A model generated the notes under the pieces. That model was given only the letters and a program-made list of their open reading frames with translations, searched no databases and was not told the DNA's origin. DNA of 64,000 nt from Bacteroidota bacterium (GTDB lineage Bacteria; Bacteroidota; Bacteroidia; J057; JAJTIE01): positions 3,022 to 67,021 of the forward strand of contig JAHBTG010000006.1 in the NCBI GenBank assembly GCA_019638695.1. Reading direction: 5' to 3'. Made by a program: the position numbers and the translations under genes. This document shows positions 51,045 to 61,000 of this stretch, one piece after another; the first letter of the stretch is position 1, and every line of letters begins with the position of its first letter.

Positions 51045-51315
51045 CCTTCGCTTAATAGAAGTAATCACTACAAAAGAAGATATAATAACGATGTATAGAC
51101 TGATAACCGGTAAAGTCGGTTGTCTGGAGCTTTGCGCGCGCACGTAACCGGCCTGGTCGTTAGATGGGTTAACTTATCGTTATCCTGTTGCGACTGTTCG
51201 GGATATATGGTTATAATGACCAGTATAATAAGCGGTCTTATGCTAATATTGCCCCCCTGAAATCTGGTAGAACCTATAAAATTTGTTGAAGTATCGTTAC
51301 ATTCTATCTGTGTAT

Positions 51316-51888
51316 ATGCCTAAAAGCCGGTTAATTCTGTACTGGGGAATATGGGTACTGTTTTCTGTACCGGGTGGCGGTGCCTGGGCACAGTCCCCGG
51401 CACTGGCTTCTGCTCAGTATCTTCTGGATCCTTATGCGGTAGCGCTTCGGATACCTTCCGGGGAGTCCTATACAGACACCATTGTTTCGCGGATTATAGT
51501 GAGTACCTGGGCAAAGCCCGGGAAAGCGGGCTACCTGCCGGCCTTCTTCAGGAGCGGTACATTTGCCGTGGCGAAGTCCGGAGTTCATGGAGTTGGGCTT
51601 TTTACCGATACCGCTACGGCCTTTGCCGTCGGGGATACGGTGTTGTGGGCTTTTGAAAAACGGCGCAGTACCGGATATTTCATGTATGACTACAGGGAAA
51701 AGCCTATCGCCACTTTTGTGAATAATAGTGATAACCCTAATACCGTAATGGTGAAAGTGCCTGGCGGGCTGGTCATGATCGCCACCCGGCCTATTGGGTT
51801 TATGGAAGAGCTTACCTGCTCCTACCAGGGTGTCCTGGATTTGTTCCCGGGGGATCAAACGCTGGCGCGGCAAATAAGGTACTGGTAA
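51316..51888 (+). CDS. Signal-peptide-bearing SET domain protein
   Basis: AWA|QS signal; KSGVHGVGLF, FVNNSDNPN and ATRPI..MEELTCSY SET motifs. Confidence 0.75.
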   Translation: MPKSRLILYWGIWVLFSVPGGGAWAQSPALASAQYLLDPYAVALRIPSGESYTDTIVSRIIVSTWAKPGKAGYLPAFFRSGTFAVAKSGVHGVGLFTDTATAFAVGDTVLWAFEKRRSTGYFMYDYREKPIATFVNNSDNPNTVMVKVPGGLVMIATRPIGFMEELTCSYQGVLDLFPGDQTLARQIRYW

Positions 51889-54800
51889 TGCGCAAGTGTT
51901 TTATAGATAGAATGCTATTGATTGGCTTGTTTACGGGTGGTTTATCTCCTTTGGCGCAGGCTTTTACACTAATGGATTGGCTGCTCCTTAATAATTGCAG
52001 GCCCCCCCAGTCGATATTGATTCCCGTGCCTGTGGACTCCGGGTACACAACCATTACCAGTATTCAGGTGCTGAACTTCGATTCCCAACTGGAGGTCTTT
52101 CGCTGGGATACGCTTGATGTAGGCACGGATATTACCTTGTTTTTGAATAATCCGGTGTCCATTGCTTTGGTGGATACCACGCTCACCTATTATGTCTATG
52201 AGTTGCCCGTTTCAGCAGTGGAGCGTCAATTGATTGTTCCGGGGCTTTATGTGGTGATTATTACCTATCCGGGGGGAATGACGCTGGTCCAACCCTTTCT
52301 GTATGATCCGGAGCCGCTGGCACTTGCGCTTGATTGCGAAGGAATAGAAGTGGCGCTGGAGCTTATTGAAGAGTCTTATGGGCTTGACTGGCATGGAGAG
52401 GACCCCGTCGTTCAGGAGGATATCTTTAAGATGATTAATTATACCCGTTCTTTGACGGATGCACCTGCTATTGCAGATTTTCGAACGGCAGTGCATAACT
52501 GCTCCCTTGAGATAGAGCAGACATTATTGCTGGGTTGTACCCCGGAACCCTGCTGGGAGGGCCCGGATCAATATTACAGCCAGGATTTCCTCTGCTGCGA
52601 AGAACCGGATCCTTGCCATGCTGGTGAAACTTTCGCTTTTGGGAATTGCCTGGATTTTGATGGCAATAATGATTATGTGATCATAGAAAACCCTGGGCCC
52701 GGCAATACCAATCCATTGTTTAATATGGATTCGGATGAATTTAGCCTTAGCTTCTGGGTAAAGGTGAATGATAAAACCAAGGGAGTGGTATTCAATAATC
52801 TTTTGCTCAATGACTTTCCTGCACAGAGAAACGGTTTGAGCGTATCATTCCTCCCTTCCCTGGGTTTGCGGTTTGTACTTTCCAGTGTAAACCCGAATAC
52901 GAATGCACGGGGAGAGAATATTGTATATGGTTCCTCTGCCGCATTTAGCAATGGTACCTGGCATCACGTCGTATTTACTAAACAGGGGAATTGCACCCAG
53001 GATTATTATGTGTTTGTAGATGGACAGGACCGCACGACCCGGTCGCTGCCGGGCCAGCTTTGTGATTACCCGGCTGGTGCAGCCCATTTTAGGAATGAAT
53101 TGCCTATTCTGCTTGGGCACTCCTATCATGCCAGCAACTCAGCCAATGCACTGAATGGCAGGCTGGATGAGTTCCAGGTCTATATCAAAGCGCTTACCCT
53201 GGCAGATGCTCAGGCACTGTATAACAGTGGTAGCGGGGCGTTTGCCAACGACACCCTATGTGATGGACTGATCGTTTACTGGCGTTTTGACGAGTCCCTG
53301 GCGGCACCTTCTGCCGGTGCCAGTGTCAGGATCGTTAAAGATGAGTTCAAGCGCAACAATGGGTATCTCAAGCGCTTTCATGATCGTTATTTCACCACCA
53401 GTTGCGACCCGGCACGGGTCCCGCATGCCGCTTCTGAAAATACCCCCTGCACCTGCAGTGAGCCGTTTGATTCCGGTTTTGCATTTGGCAATGCCTTGCG
53501 GCTTGATGGGATCAATGATTTTATAATGGTCCCTCCGGATGCGCTGGACTTTGACAGAGGTGATTTCTCAATTAGTTTGTGGATGCGGCCGGAGTCCGTG
53601 GCTGCAGACGCAGTACTCCTTCAAAAGATCCCAAGCTCCAATTTGCATGCCGGGATTAGTCTGCAGTTGATCCCGGCTTCCTCCGGCACAATTAGACTCG
53701 TATATACTGCCAAAGGAATCAGCCGCCATAATGATCTCCAGATACCGGGATTGCCCGGCGGTACCCATGTGTGGTACCATGTTGTGTTGTCTAAACACGG
53801 GGCTGATGGCACGGAATACCGCCTTTACCTGAATGGTGTGGATCTGAGCAGGGTTGCCGTCAATCAGCTGCCGTCCGCACTGGAGGATTTCCCGGATATT
53901 GACAATATATCAGGACCTACTCCCTTGATTATAGGGGCCTCCGGGTCCGGAACCGGTGCCTTCTTTAAAGGATGGGTGGATGAAGTGGCCGTTTATAACC
54001 GGGTGCTGAGAGATGAGGAAGTCCTGTGTATGTATAATGGCGGCAATGGAGGGGGCCTGCCTGCGGTAGGCCTCACTCAACACTGGGACTTTAATGAAGA
54101 AAACGCTGCCAGCCAGCCCGGGCAGGTAGTGGCAGAGAACACGGTGAATGCTTCCTATAACGGCGTATTGCGCCGGTTCTTTGAGCGTACCGTCAAAGTC
54201 CCTGAGTGTGATACGGCCTGGCTGCCTCATGGCCAAACATCTTTGCCGGAAGTATGTGCCTGTGAGGCTGAGCCGGATACTTCATTTGCATTTGGGAATG
54301 CCCTGCAGTTTGATGGCGTAAATGATTACGTTACCATCCCCAACCATGCAGCATACCAGTTCGGCACTGGAGATTTTACGATTAGCTATTGGATCAAACG
54401 ACCTAATATTACGCAAACCGGCGCTGTCGTACTGAGAAAAGTGGTTTCCTCTACTACAGGAGGAGTTAACTTTGGACTCATTCCCCGTACTTCCTCCGGG
54501 TTGGACCAGGGAATGGATATCCTTGTGCTGGGAGATACACTGGTACCGGGCAGCACTACAAGTAACCGCCGGGCGAGATTGGCGAGTAGTGTCCTCTCTC
54601 CAAATGCGTGGCATCATGTGGTGATGGTGAGATCGGCATTTGGCAGCGGAGACCACAGCAACCCTTATTATTACAAAGTATATGTAGATGGTGTCGAACG
54701 GGGCATTGTTACGGAGGACCTCTTTTTCCTGGGCTCCGGGGCTGGCAATGTCAATAACACAGCTCCTTTCATCCTGGGCGCATCCAATCCGCCCACCGCT

Positions 54801-55022
54801 TTTTTCTTCACCGGAACATTGGATGAACTGCAGCTGTATGACCGTGCACTCACGCAGGAAGAAGTCAAATGCATGTATAATTCAGGCAACGGTAGTGCTC
54901 CCTATTTCACAGGGCTTGTCGGTTATTGGGATATGAATGTACTGGATGGTGATAGCATAGAGGATGGATCTGCTACTGATAACCCTGGTACTGTTACCGG
55001 AGCTACACTTGTCACACATTAA
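51888..55022 (+). CDS. Secreted protein with three LamG/pentraxin-like (ConA) domains and Cys-rich linkers
   Basis: Three FAFGNxLxxDGxND(Y/F)...WHHVV...DE.xVY..AL...YN.G.G units starting at 52632, 53478 and 54285. Confidence 0.85.
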   Translation: MRKCFIDRMLLIGLFTGGLSPLAQAFTLMDWLLLNNCRPPQSILIPVPVDSGYTTITSIQVLNFDSQLEVFRWDTLDVGTDITLFLNNPVSIALVDTTLTYYVYELPVSAVERQLIVPGLYVVIITYPGGMTLVQPFLYDPEPLALALDCEGIEVALELIEESYGLDWHGEDPVVQEDIFKMINYTRSLTDAPAIADFRTAVHNCSLEIEQTLLLGCTPEPCWEGPDQYYSQDFLCCEEPDPCHAGETFAFGNCLDFDGNNDYVIIENPGPGNTNPLFNMDSDEFSLSFWVKVNDKTKGVVFNNLLLNDFPAQRNGLSVSFLPSLGLRFVLSSVNPNTNARGENIVYGSSAAFSNGTWHHVVFTKQGNCTQDYYVFVDGQDRTTRSLPGQLCDYPAGAAHFRNELPILLGHSYHASNSANALNGRLDEFQVYIKALTLADAQALYNSGSGAFANDTLCDGLIVYWRFDESLAAPSAGASVRIVKDEFKRNNGYLKRFHDRYFTTSCDPARVPHAASENTPCTCSEPFDSGFAFGNALRLDGINDFIMVPPDALDFDRGDFSISLWMRPESVAADAVLLQKIPSSNLHAGISLQLIPASSGTIRLVYTAKGISRHNDLQIPGLPGGTHVWYHVVLSKHGADGTEYRLYLNGVDLSRVAVNQLPSALEDFPDIDNISGPTPLIIGASGSGTGAFFKGWVDEVAVYNRVLRDEEVLCMYNGGNGGGLPAVGLTQHWDFNEENAASQPGQVVAENTVNASYNGVLRRFFERTVKVPECDTAWLPHGQTSLPEVCACEAEPDTSFAFGNALQFDGVNDYVTIPNHAAYQFGTGDFTISYWIKRPNITQTGAVVLRKVVSSTTGGVNFGLIPRTSSGLDQGMDILVLGDTLVPGSTTSNRRARLASSVLSPNAWHHVVMVRSAFGSGDHSNPYYYKVYVDGVERGIVTEDLFFLGSGAGNVNNTAPFILGASNPPTAFFFTGTLDELQLYDRALTQEEVKCMYNSGNGSAPYFTGLVGYWDMNVLDGDSIEDGSATDNPGTVTGATLVTH

Positions 55023-56770
55023 TGATGAATAAAAAGCTCCTTATATTACTGCTGACGGCTATGCCTGCTGTACTTTCTGCGCAGAGCCTGGTTGAATATG
55101 GTGTGACAACATTCCTGCTTTGTTCCCATACACTGCCGGAAAGATGGAGTTATGGGGCTTGCGATGTAGAAGTAACGGATGAGATCAAAACCACCATATG
55201 GGTGTCTCCTGTGGCGCATGACAGCATTCAATTATGGACCAAAGTATATGAACACACAGAAACGCTCTATACATTGGAAACCAGGGGAGCTGTGGTGGTG
55301 AGAGATACGTCTTTGTGTGCGTCTGAGGGAGAGTATGTGCATATAGAGCAGGTTCTCCCCAAGGAAGACCTGTCCATCGATCCTGAGGAATCACTATATA
55401 TAGTGGTTTGGGTTTCACGGGATACCGACCCTGAGTTTATTCAGCTTTCTCAGCCCTATTTGTCGGGCCGTATTCAGTTCTTTCAATATACCAGGAACTG
55501 TACTAAACAGGGCTGTCTGGCTTGCTCTTTGCTGACCCAGGCCGTAACCAATCTGGAAACCCAGTATGAGGTCAGCTGGGAAGAAGCAAGCCCGGCTACC
55601 CAGCACATATATGCGTCTCGCATCAATACTCAGTTCAATACAAACTTCCCGGTAGCGTATCTGTATGGGGCGTTGGATGCCGGGTATTGCACTGAACAGG
55701 ATACAACGGACGTAGGAGGGCTGACTTTTGACAGGACCGCAGCGCAATACATTCACTTTGGAGAGGCTCCTCAATACGAGATTGCCGCATCTGCTTTTAG
55801 CCTGGAAGCCTGGGTGAAACCAGAGCCCCTTCCCCTTGAAGGTATTGTCAAATACCCGCTCTTTACTGTAACCACAAACTGTAGTATATCTCAGTCCGTA
55901 GTGCTGGAGGAGCCTGTAACCGCTGAGGTGAGAACCGGCTGGAGTTTTGGCCTGCTTGTGCTGCACCCGGACTCCGGGGACCAGGACCCTGAGCAGTTGT
56001 TTTCCCTGGAACCTTCCCCGGAACCCCACTATTGGTTCTACTTGCTGGTAACGGACCCGGATCATATCCCGCCCTCCGGTTTCCCGGAGCTGAATGAGAT
56101 CTCCGGTACGCCGAACTCCGTGTTATTCCTTTCGGCTCCTTTTACCATTTCGGATTCGGCTAACTACCATTATGTCGCTTTTGTGAAGCCAACCGCTCAT
56201 ATAGACGACTGGTTTGTATTGCTGGATAACCAGAGATACCCTCTTTTGCCCGTTAGCCACCAAACACTGAGTATCGCTGCTATCGAAGAGGCCGTTTCGC
56301 GTAGCTGGGGCAGCAGCTGCTATCAGAATACATCTTTGGACTTTGGCCGGGAACGTCTTTCAGCGGCGCTGCCCGGAGATTATTTTGCGGGTAAGGCTCG
56401 GGAGCTAAGGGTCTATCAGCGGGCCTTGACTATGGAGGAGGCCGTTTGGAATAGGAACCGGAATCCGGGGCCGCCTGTGATGCCGGAATGCCTGGTGTTG
56501 CATGCGCCATTGGTAGCGCAAACGGGCAATGATGTCGCCGGTTCTTCTCCGGCCTATACGGCAACACTATATACGGTGGATGACATTTCGGTCTATGACC
56601 GGAATGTAGAGCTGGATCAAACGGTCTATGACGGATGGAGCGGGTTCTGGCAAAGCGCTGCTGTTGCAACCTCTCCCCGCACGGTATGTCCACCCGTTTC
56701 CTGCCCCGGTGATCCTGTGCCGGATGAAGAGATAGAAGTCCTGCTAAACAAATGTGCCACATGCGACTAA
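55022..56770 (+). CDS. Secreted Cys-rich protein with one divergent LamG-like domain
   Basis: Signal peptide; GLTFD, FSLEAWVKP, YHYVAFV and F.GK.RELRVYQRALT motifs. Confidence 0.75.
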   Translation: MMNKKLLILLLTAMPAVLSAQSLVEYGVTTFLLCSHTLPERWSYGACDVEVTDEIKTTIWVSPVAHDSIQLWTKVYEHTETLYTLETRGAVVVRDTSLCASEGEYVHIEQVLPKEDLSIDPEESLYIVVWVSRDTDPEFIQLSQPYLSGRIQFFQYTRNCTKQGCLACSLLTQAVTNLETQYEVSWEEASPATQHIYASRINTQFNTNFPVAYLYGALDAGYCTEQDTTDVGGLTFDRTAAQYIHFGEAPQYEIAASAFSLEAWVKPEPLPLEGIVKYPLFTVTTNCSISQSVVLEEPVTAEVRTGWSFGLLVLHPDSGDQDPEQLFSLEPSPEPHYWFYLLVTDPDHIPPSGFPELNEISGTPNSVLFLSAPFTISDSANYHYVAFVKPTAHIDDWFVLLDNQRYPLLPVSHQTLSIAAIEEAVSRSWGSSCYQNTSLDFGRERLSAALPGDYFAGKARELRVYQRALTMEEAVWNRNRNPGPPVMPECLVLHAPLVAQTGNDVAGSSPAYTATLYTVDDISVYDRNVELDQTVYDGWSGFWQSAAVATSPRTVCPPVSCPGDPVPDEEIEVLLNKCATCD

Positions 56771-57486
56771 TGCTTATCCTGTTGCTGCTGTGCCCGGGCA
56801 TAGGTGGCCGCGTCTATGCGCAGTTCCAGCCTGTGCTGCTATCCCCGGCAGATGATGCGGTTTTGTATTCCGGCAATCCCATTTTTGTGTGGTCTGCACC
56901 CGGTGCGGTACAATATGCCGTTACCCTTGTCGAGTGCCAGTTGCTCTATGGCAGCACGTATCAGACCCCTGCTATAGCGCTGTTGTCTAACCCCCCGGTT
57001 TACCAGAGTGTGGTGACTACCAGCACCCTGATCTATCCGATCTCTGCGCCCGCATTGCTGTCTGGCAAACGCTATGCCTGGCAGGTGCAGGCTTCTTACC
57101 CGGGAGAACCGGGCGAGGTGCTGGCTTCCGAACCTTTGGTATTTGAGCTGGCGGAGTCTCCTTCTTCTCCCGAAGAATCGGACACTCCGGAGAATGCATT
57201 CTATTATGCCTTGCCTCGAAGAAGCAATGGCTATATGGTGCCGTTGGACGAAGGGTATTTGCCCGTCTATTTTGAGAATTTCCAGAATGGACCGGTGGCC
57301 TTTTCTCTGAAGCGGCTCAGTGGCGCTCCGGTTTCCTATGACTTCGAGACGCTGGAGCAACAAGTGAAGTATGGTGAAAATCGCCTGAGGATAGATTTTT
57401 CTGCCCTGAACAGTGGCGGTTATTTGCTCACACTGACGGGCGAAAGAGAGCAGGTATGGAATCTTGAATTTTATAAAGGAGAATGA
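56761..57486 (+). CDS. Secreted FN3-like protein with C-terminal Ig/CTD-like domain
   Basis: Signal peptide; LLSPAD, PIFVW and YP..AP.L..GKRYAWQVQA motifs; C-terminal GENRL.ID...L..GGYLLTL; alternative start at 56770. Confidence 0.65.
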   Translation: MRLMLILLLLCPGIGGRVYAQFQPVLLSPADDAVLYSGNPIFVWSAPGAVQYAVTLVECQLLYGSTYQTPAIALLSNPPVYQSVVTTSTLIYPISAPALLSGKRYAWQVQASYPGEPGEVLASEPLVFELAESPSSPEESDTPENAFYYALPRRSNGYMVPLDEGYLPVYFENFQNGPVAFSLKRLSGAPVSYDFETLEQQVKYGENRLRIDFSALNSGGYLLTLTGEREQVWNLEFYKGE

Positions 57487-58079
57487 AAGGTTTGTGTATC
57501 CTGATAGTGTTTGCGCTCTGTGGCTGTGCGGGTAAACTGGACCGTGCGGAGCTTAAGCAGTGGGTGGAAGACCCTGCCCACGGCTGGGCGATGACCCAGG
57601 TCCAGGGTGCGTTGAAATATACCTGCCAATACAAGCCACTGGTCTATGTGGTCATGGATGCCAGAAAATGGAGCTGGGCTCACCTGACACAGGCTACACT
57701 GGATTCCGTATCCGCCCGGTATGAGGGAAATCTCTATTTCTCTTTCAGGGTGGATAACCTTGCCGGGAAGCAGGATCCGTTGCATTATGCCGCAAAAGAT
57801 AGCGTGGATTACCAGCGTAAGCTGGAATACCTGTTTGCAAACGTGCGCAGGGATTTTGCCCTGGTACAGGGAACCGATACGCTGCAACCCGTTGCCTGTG
57901 ATCTGGTGCCTTCTTATAACATGCGTCCGTACCAGGTCTTTCATCTCGTCTTTCGCAGGCCCCGGGACTTGTCCCGCACTTTCACTTTCTGTTATCGAGA
58001 CAAGATCTTTTCCCGTCGAGAGTTCCGGTTTGAATATATCCCCGCTCATATGCAACCTGTCCCTGAAGTATCCTTATGA
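57483..58079 (+). CDS. Hypothetical lipoprotein
   Basis: Lipobox LCGC; ATGA overlaps on both sides. Confidence 0.75.
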   Translation: MKGLCILIVFALCGCAGKLDRAELKQWVEDPAHGWAMTQVQGALKYTCQYKPLVYVVMDARKWSWAHLTQATLDSVSARYEGNLYFSFRVDNLAGKQDPLHYAAKDSVDYQRKLEYLFANVRRDFALVQGTDTLQPVACDLVPSYNMRPYQVFHLVFRRPRDLSRTFTFCYRDKIFSRREFRFEYIPAHMQPVPEVSL

Positions 58080-61000
58080 CTTTACGATATCCGCCATTTC
58101 TCTTTCGGGTAACGGCCGGCATATTGCTGGTCAGCCTGTTGTTACAGGTTGCTTTCCCCATAGCGGCTTATGCACTCACCGGGGGAAGTGCCGCTGGCAG
58201 TGTTCAGGGAGATGTGCCCTCCGGCACCACGGATATGGTAGATGTCTTTACCGGGGATTTCAGCTATCGCATTCCGTTGCTGGATGTGGATGGGTATCCA
58301 TTGGTCCTTTCTTACAATGCCGGCATAGGCACAGAGCAGGAAGCCGGCTGGGTGGGGCTGGGCTGGTCCTTAAGTCCCGGGGGGATTAACCGCATGGTGC
58401 GCGGTATGCCCGATGACTTTGCCGGAGACCCTGTGCACAGGGAGTTTAATGTGAGAGACCAGGTGGAGATAGGAGGCACTGCCAGAATAAAGGCAGAGCT
58501 GGCAGGAGAGGATCTTGCCAGGTTCCTGAAGAATATGCCTGAGAATCTTGACGTGCGTGCAGGGGCTACAGCTAGTTTAACCGTGAAGCACCGGACGAAC
58601 CTGGGTATAGACGTGTCCATTGCCGCAGGTATAGGGGCTCAGTTTCAGCCTACCCTCAATAGTTCTTCCAAGCTGATGTCTGCAGTGAACGTTTCCGGTC
58701 AGGCGTATATGGGATACGCTCTCAGCGCTCAGGATGGGATCTCCGCAAATACCAGTCTTTCGGGCAGCCTGGGTCTTTACAAACGCGTAGGTGCCGGGTT
58801 GGACCTGGGTGGGGAAGTGGGGTATAGCTCCAGAAGAGGACTTGCCCATATCGGGTTTCATGCCGCGGGTGTCGGAGGGTTAAATTTGAAAGCCTTGAAT
58901 CTTCGCGGCAAGAGAGGCATCTCCGGTATGATACCCTTAGCTACGCCAACTTATGTGCCCGATAATGAGTACCCTTTTAATACGATCATCGAAACCTATT
59001 CCGGTGATGCCGGTGGCGCTGTGATATTTTCGTACCTGGGTGGAGGGATTACGTACTTCCGCACGGTAAATACCCTGGCTACACATGAGATGGAACTCAG
59101 GGGCTATGGATATATGGCTTTGCAGCAGGGAAACCCGGCAGGCAGGTCCCTGCTGGATATTAACCGGGAGTACGATGCGCCCGTGATGGAGAAAACCCCC
59201 ATACTCCCTCTCGCTAATCTTACCTATGATGTCTATAGTGTGAGCGGACAAGGCGTTGGAGGGGTGTATCGCCCTTTTCGCAGCGATATCGGCACGCTGT
59301 ATGACCCCAGGATTGAAAATGGCTCTCGTTCCAGTGCTAGCGGCCTGGAACTGGGGTTTCCTGGCAGCACCGCTTCTTTCAAGGTGGGTGCTGATCTGGA
59401 GAATATCTGGGTAGATTCTCATACAGGCGCCTGGCTTGCCAATGATGGTAACCCGGCTGCCGGCAACTATCGCTTCTCTGCTCCTGCTGCGGAAGACCCT
59501 GCTTACGAACCTTTCTACTTTCGCCAGGTAGATGAAGCGGCCATTACTCTGCTGGATAACACCCCGCTGGCAAATGCCGGCGGAGAAGACCTGGTGGCCA
59601 TCCGGGTGGAACCGGGTTTAAGCGAGCCTTTTATGCAGAAAGCTGCCGGTGGGACGGTTACCTATACACAGCCTGATGCCGCCTTGCAGGGGCGCGAGCG
59701 GCGTACCCAGCCCATGACCTTCTTGCCCGCTTCCAAAGGTCATTATGCCTTGGATAAGGACCTGCATAACTATGACCTGAATACCTTCGCCTTCCAGGAT
59801 AATCTGCTGGCGCAAAGCAGCACAAATCCTTCCTTTCCCCGTGCGGATGATACTCTTCGTAAAGGCCATCATATTTCTGAGGTCACTGTTTTGAGAGCGG
59901 ACGGCGTGCGCTATGTGTATGGAATTCCCGTCTATGTAAGAAACCAGGTAGAGGCCACCTTCGATATCGATAGCTCTGCCAGCCAGGGTGCGCTTGTGGG
60001 GTATACGGAGACGGAGAACAGCACCGGTAACAGCGCAGGTGAGACCCATTTCTATGACAAGACCATCTTGCCGCCGCATGCCACCGGCTATCTGCTCACA
60101 GGCGTGGTCTCGCCGGATTACCAGGACCTGAAGGGCGATGGCATGACAGAGGACGACTTGGGTAACTACACCCGGTTTAACTATACCCGCACGACAGACG
60201 CCTATAAGTTCCGCGCTCCTTACAGTGATGCTGTTTTCAATCAGGGCCTGTATGCCAATAACAAAGACCAGAAAGCCAGTTTTATGTATGGCGAGAAGGA
60301 AGACTGGTATGTGCATAGTATTGAGAGCAAGAACTACATTGCCGTTTTCTACCTTTCCGAGAGACAGGACGCTATAGGCGCTTCCGCTGAAAATCAGTCC
60401 TCAGATGCTGCCGGCAGGTCCCAGGGTGCCAGGTCCTATCGTCTTGACAAGATCCGTTTATATGCCCGCAAGGATCTTAAGGAAAATGCAGGCAGTGCCG
60501 TGCCGCTCAAGACCGTACACTTTGAATATACCTATGAGCTCTGTCCCGGGACGCCGAACAGTGCGGCAGCGGGCGGCGGCAAGCTGACGCTTAAACGCCT
60601 GTTCTTTACCTATGATCTCTCCGAGAAAGCGGTAATGAATACCTATGAATTCCATTATGCCAATAACCCCGCCTATGGACACCTGGCACATGATGCCTGG
60701 GGATATTACAAAGCCGCCGATGCCAATCAGCAATACTTTGGGGCGCCCTTCTCTCTCAATAATGCAGAGTTTCCTTATGTGATCCAGGACAAGACCCTGG
60801 CAGACCAGTACTCATCCGCCTGGTGTCTGAATAAGATTGACCTGCCCACCGGGGGGAGCATAGAGATTACGTATGAGTCGGATGACTACGCCTATGTGCA
60901 GAATGAGCGTGCTTCCGTCATGCAGGTGCTGGAAGGCGTTAGCAAGGAGCCCAATGAAACTGGCGGCGGCAACGATATGCCCGCAAGCGCTTTTGGAGAT

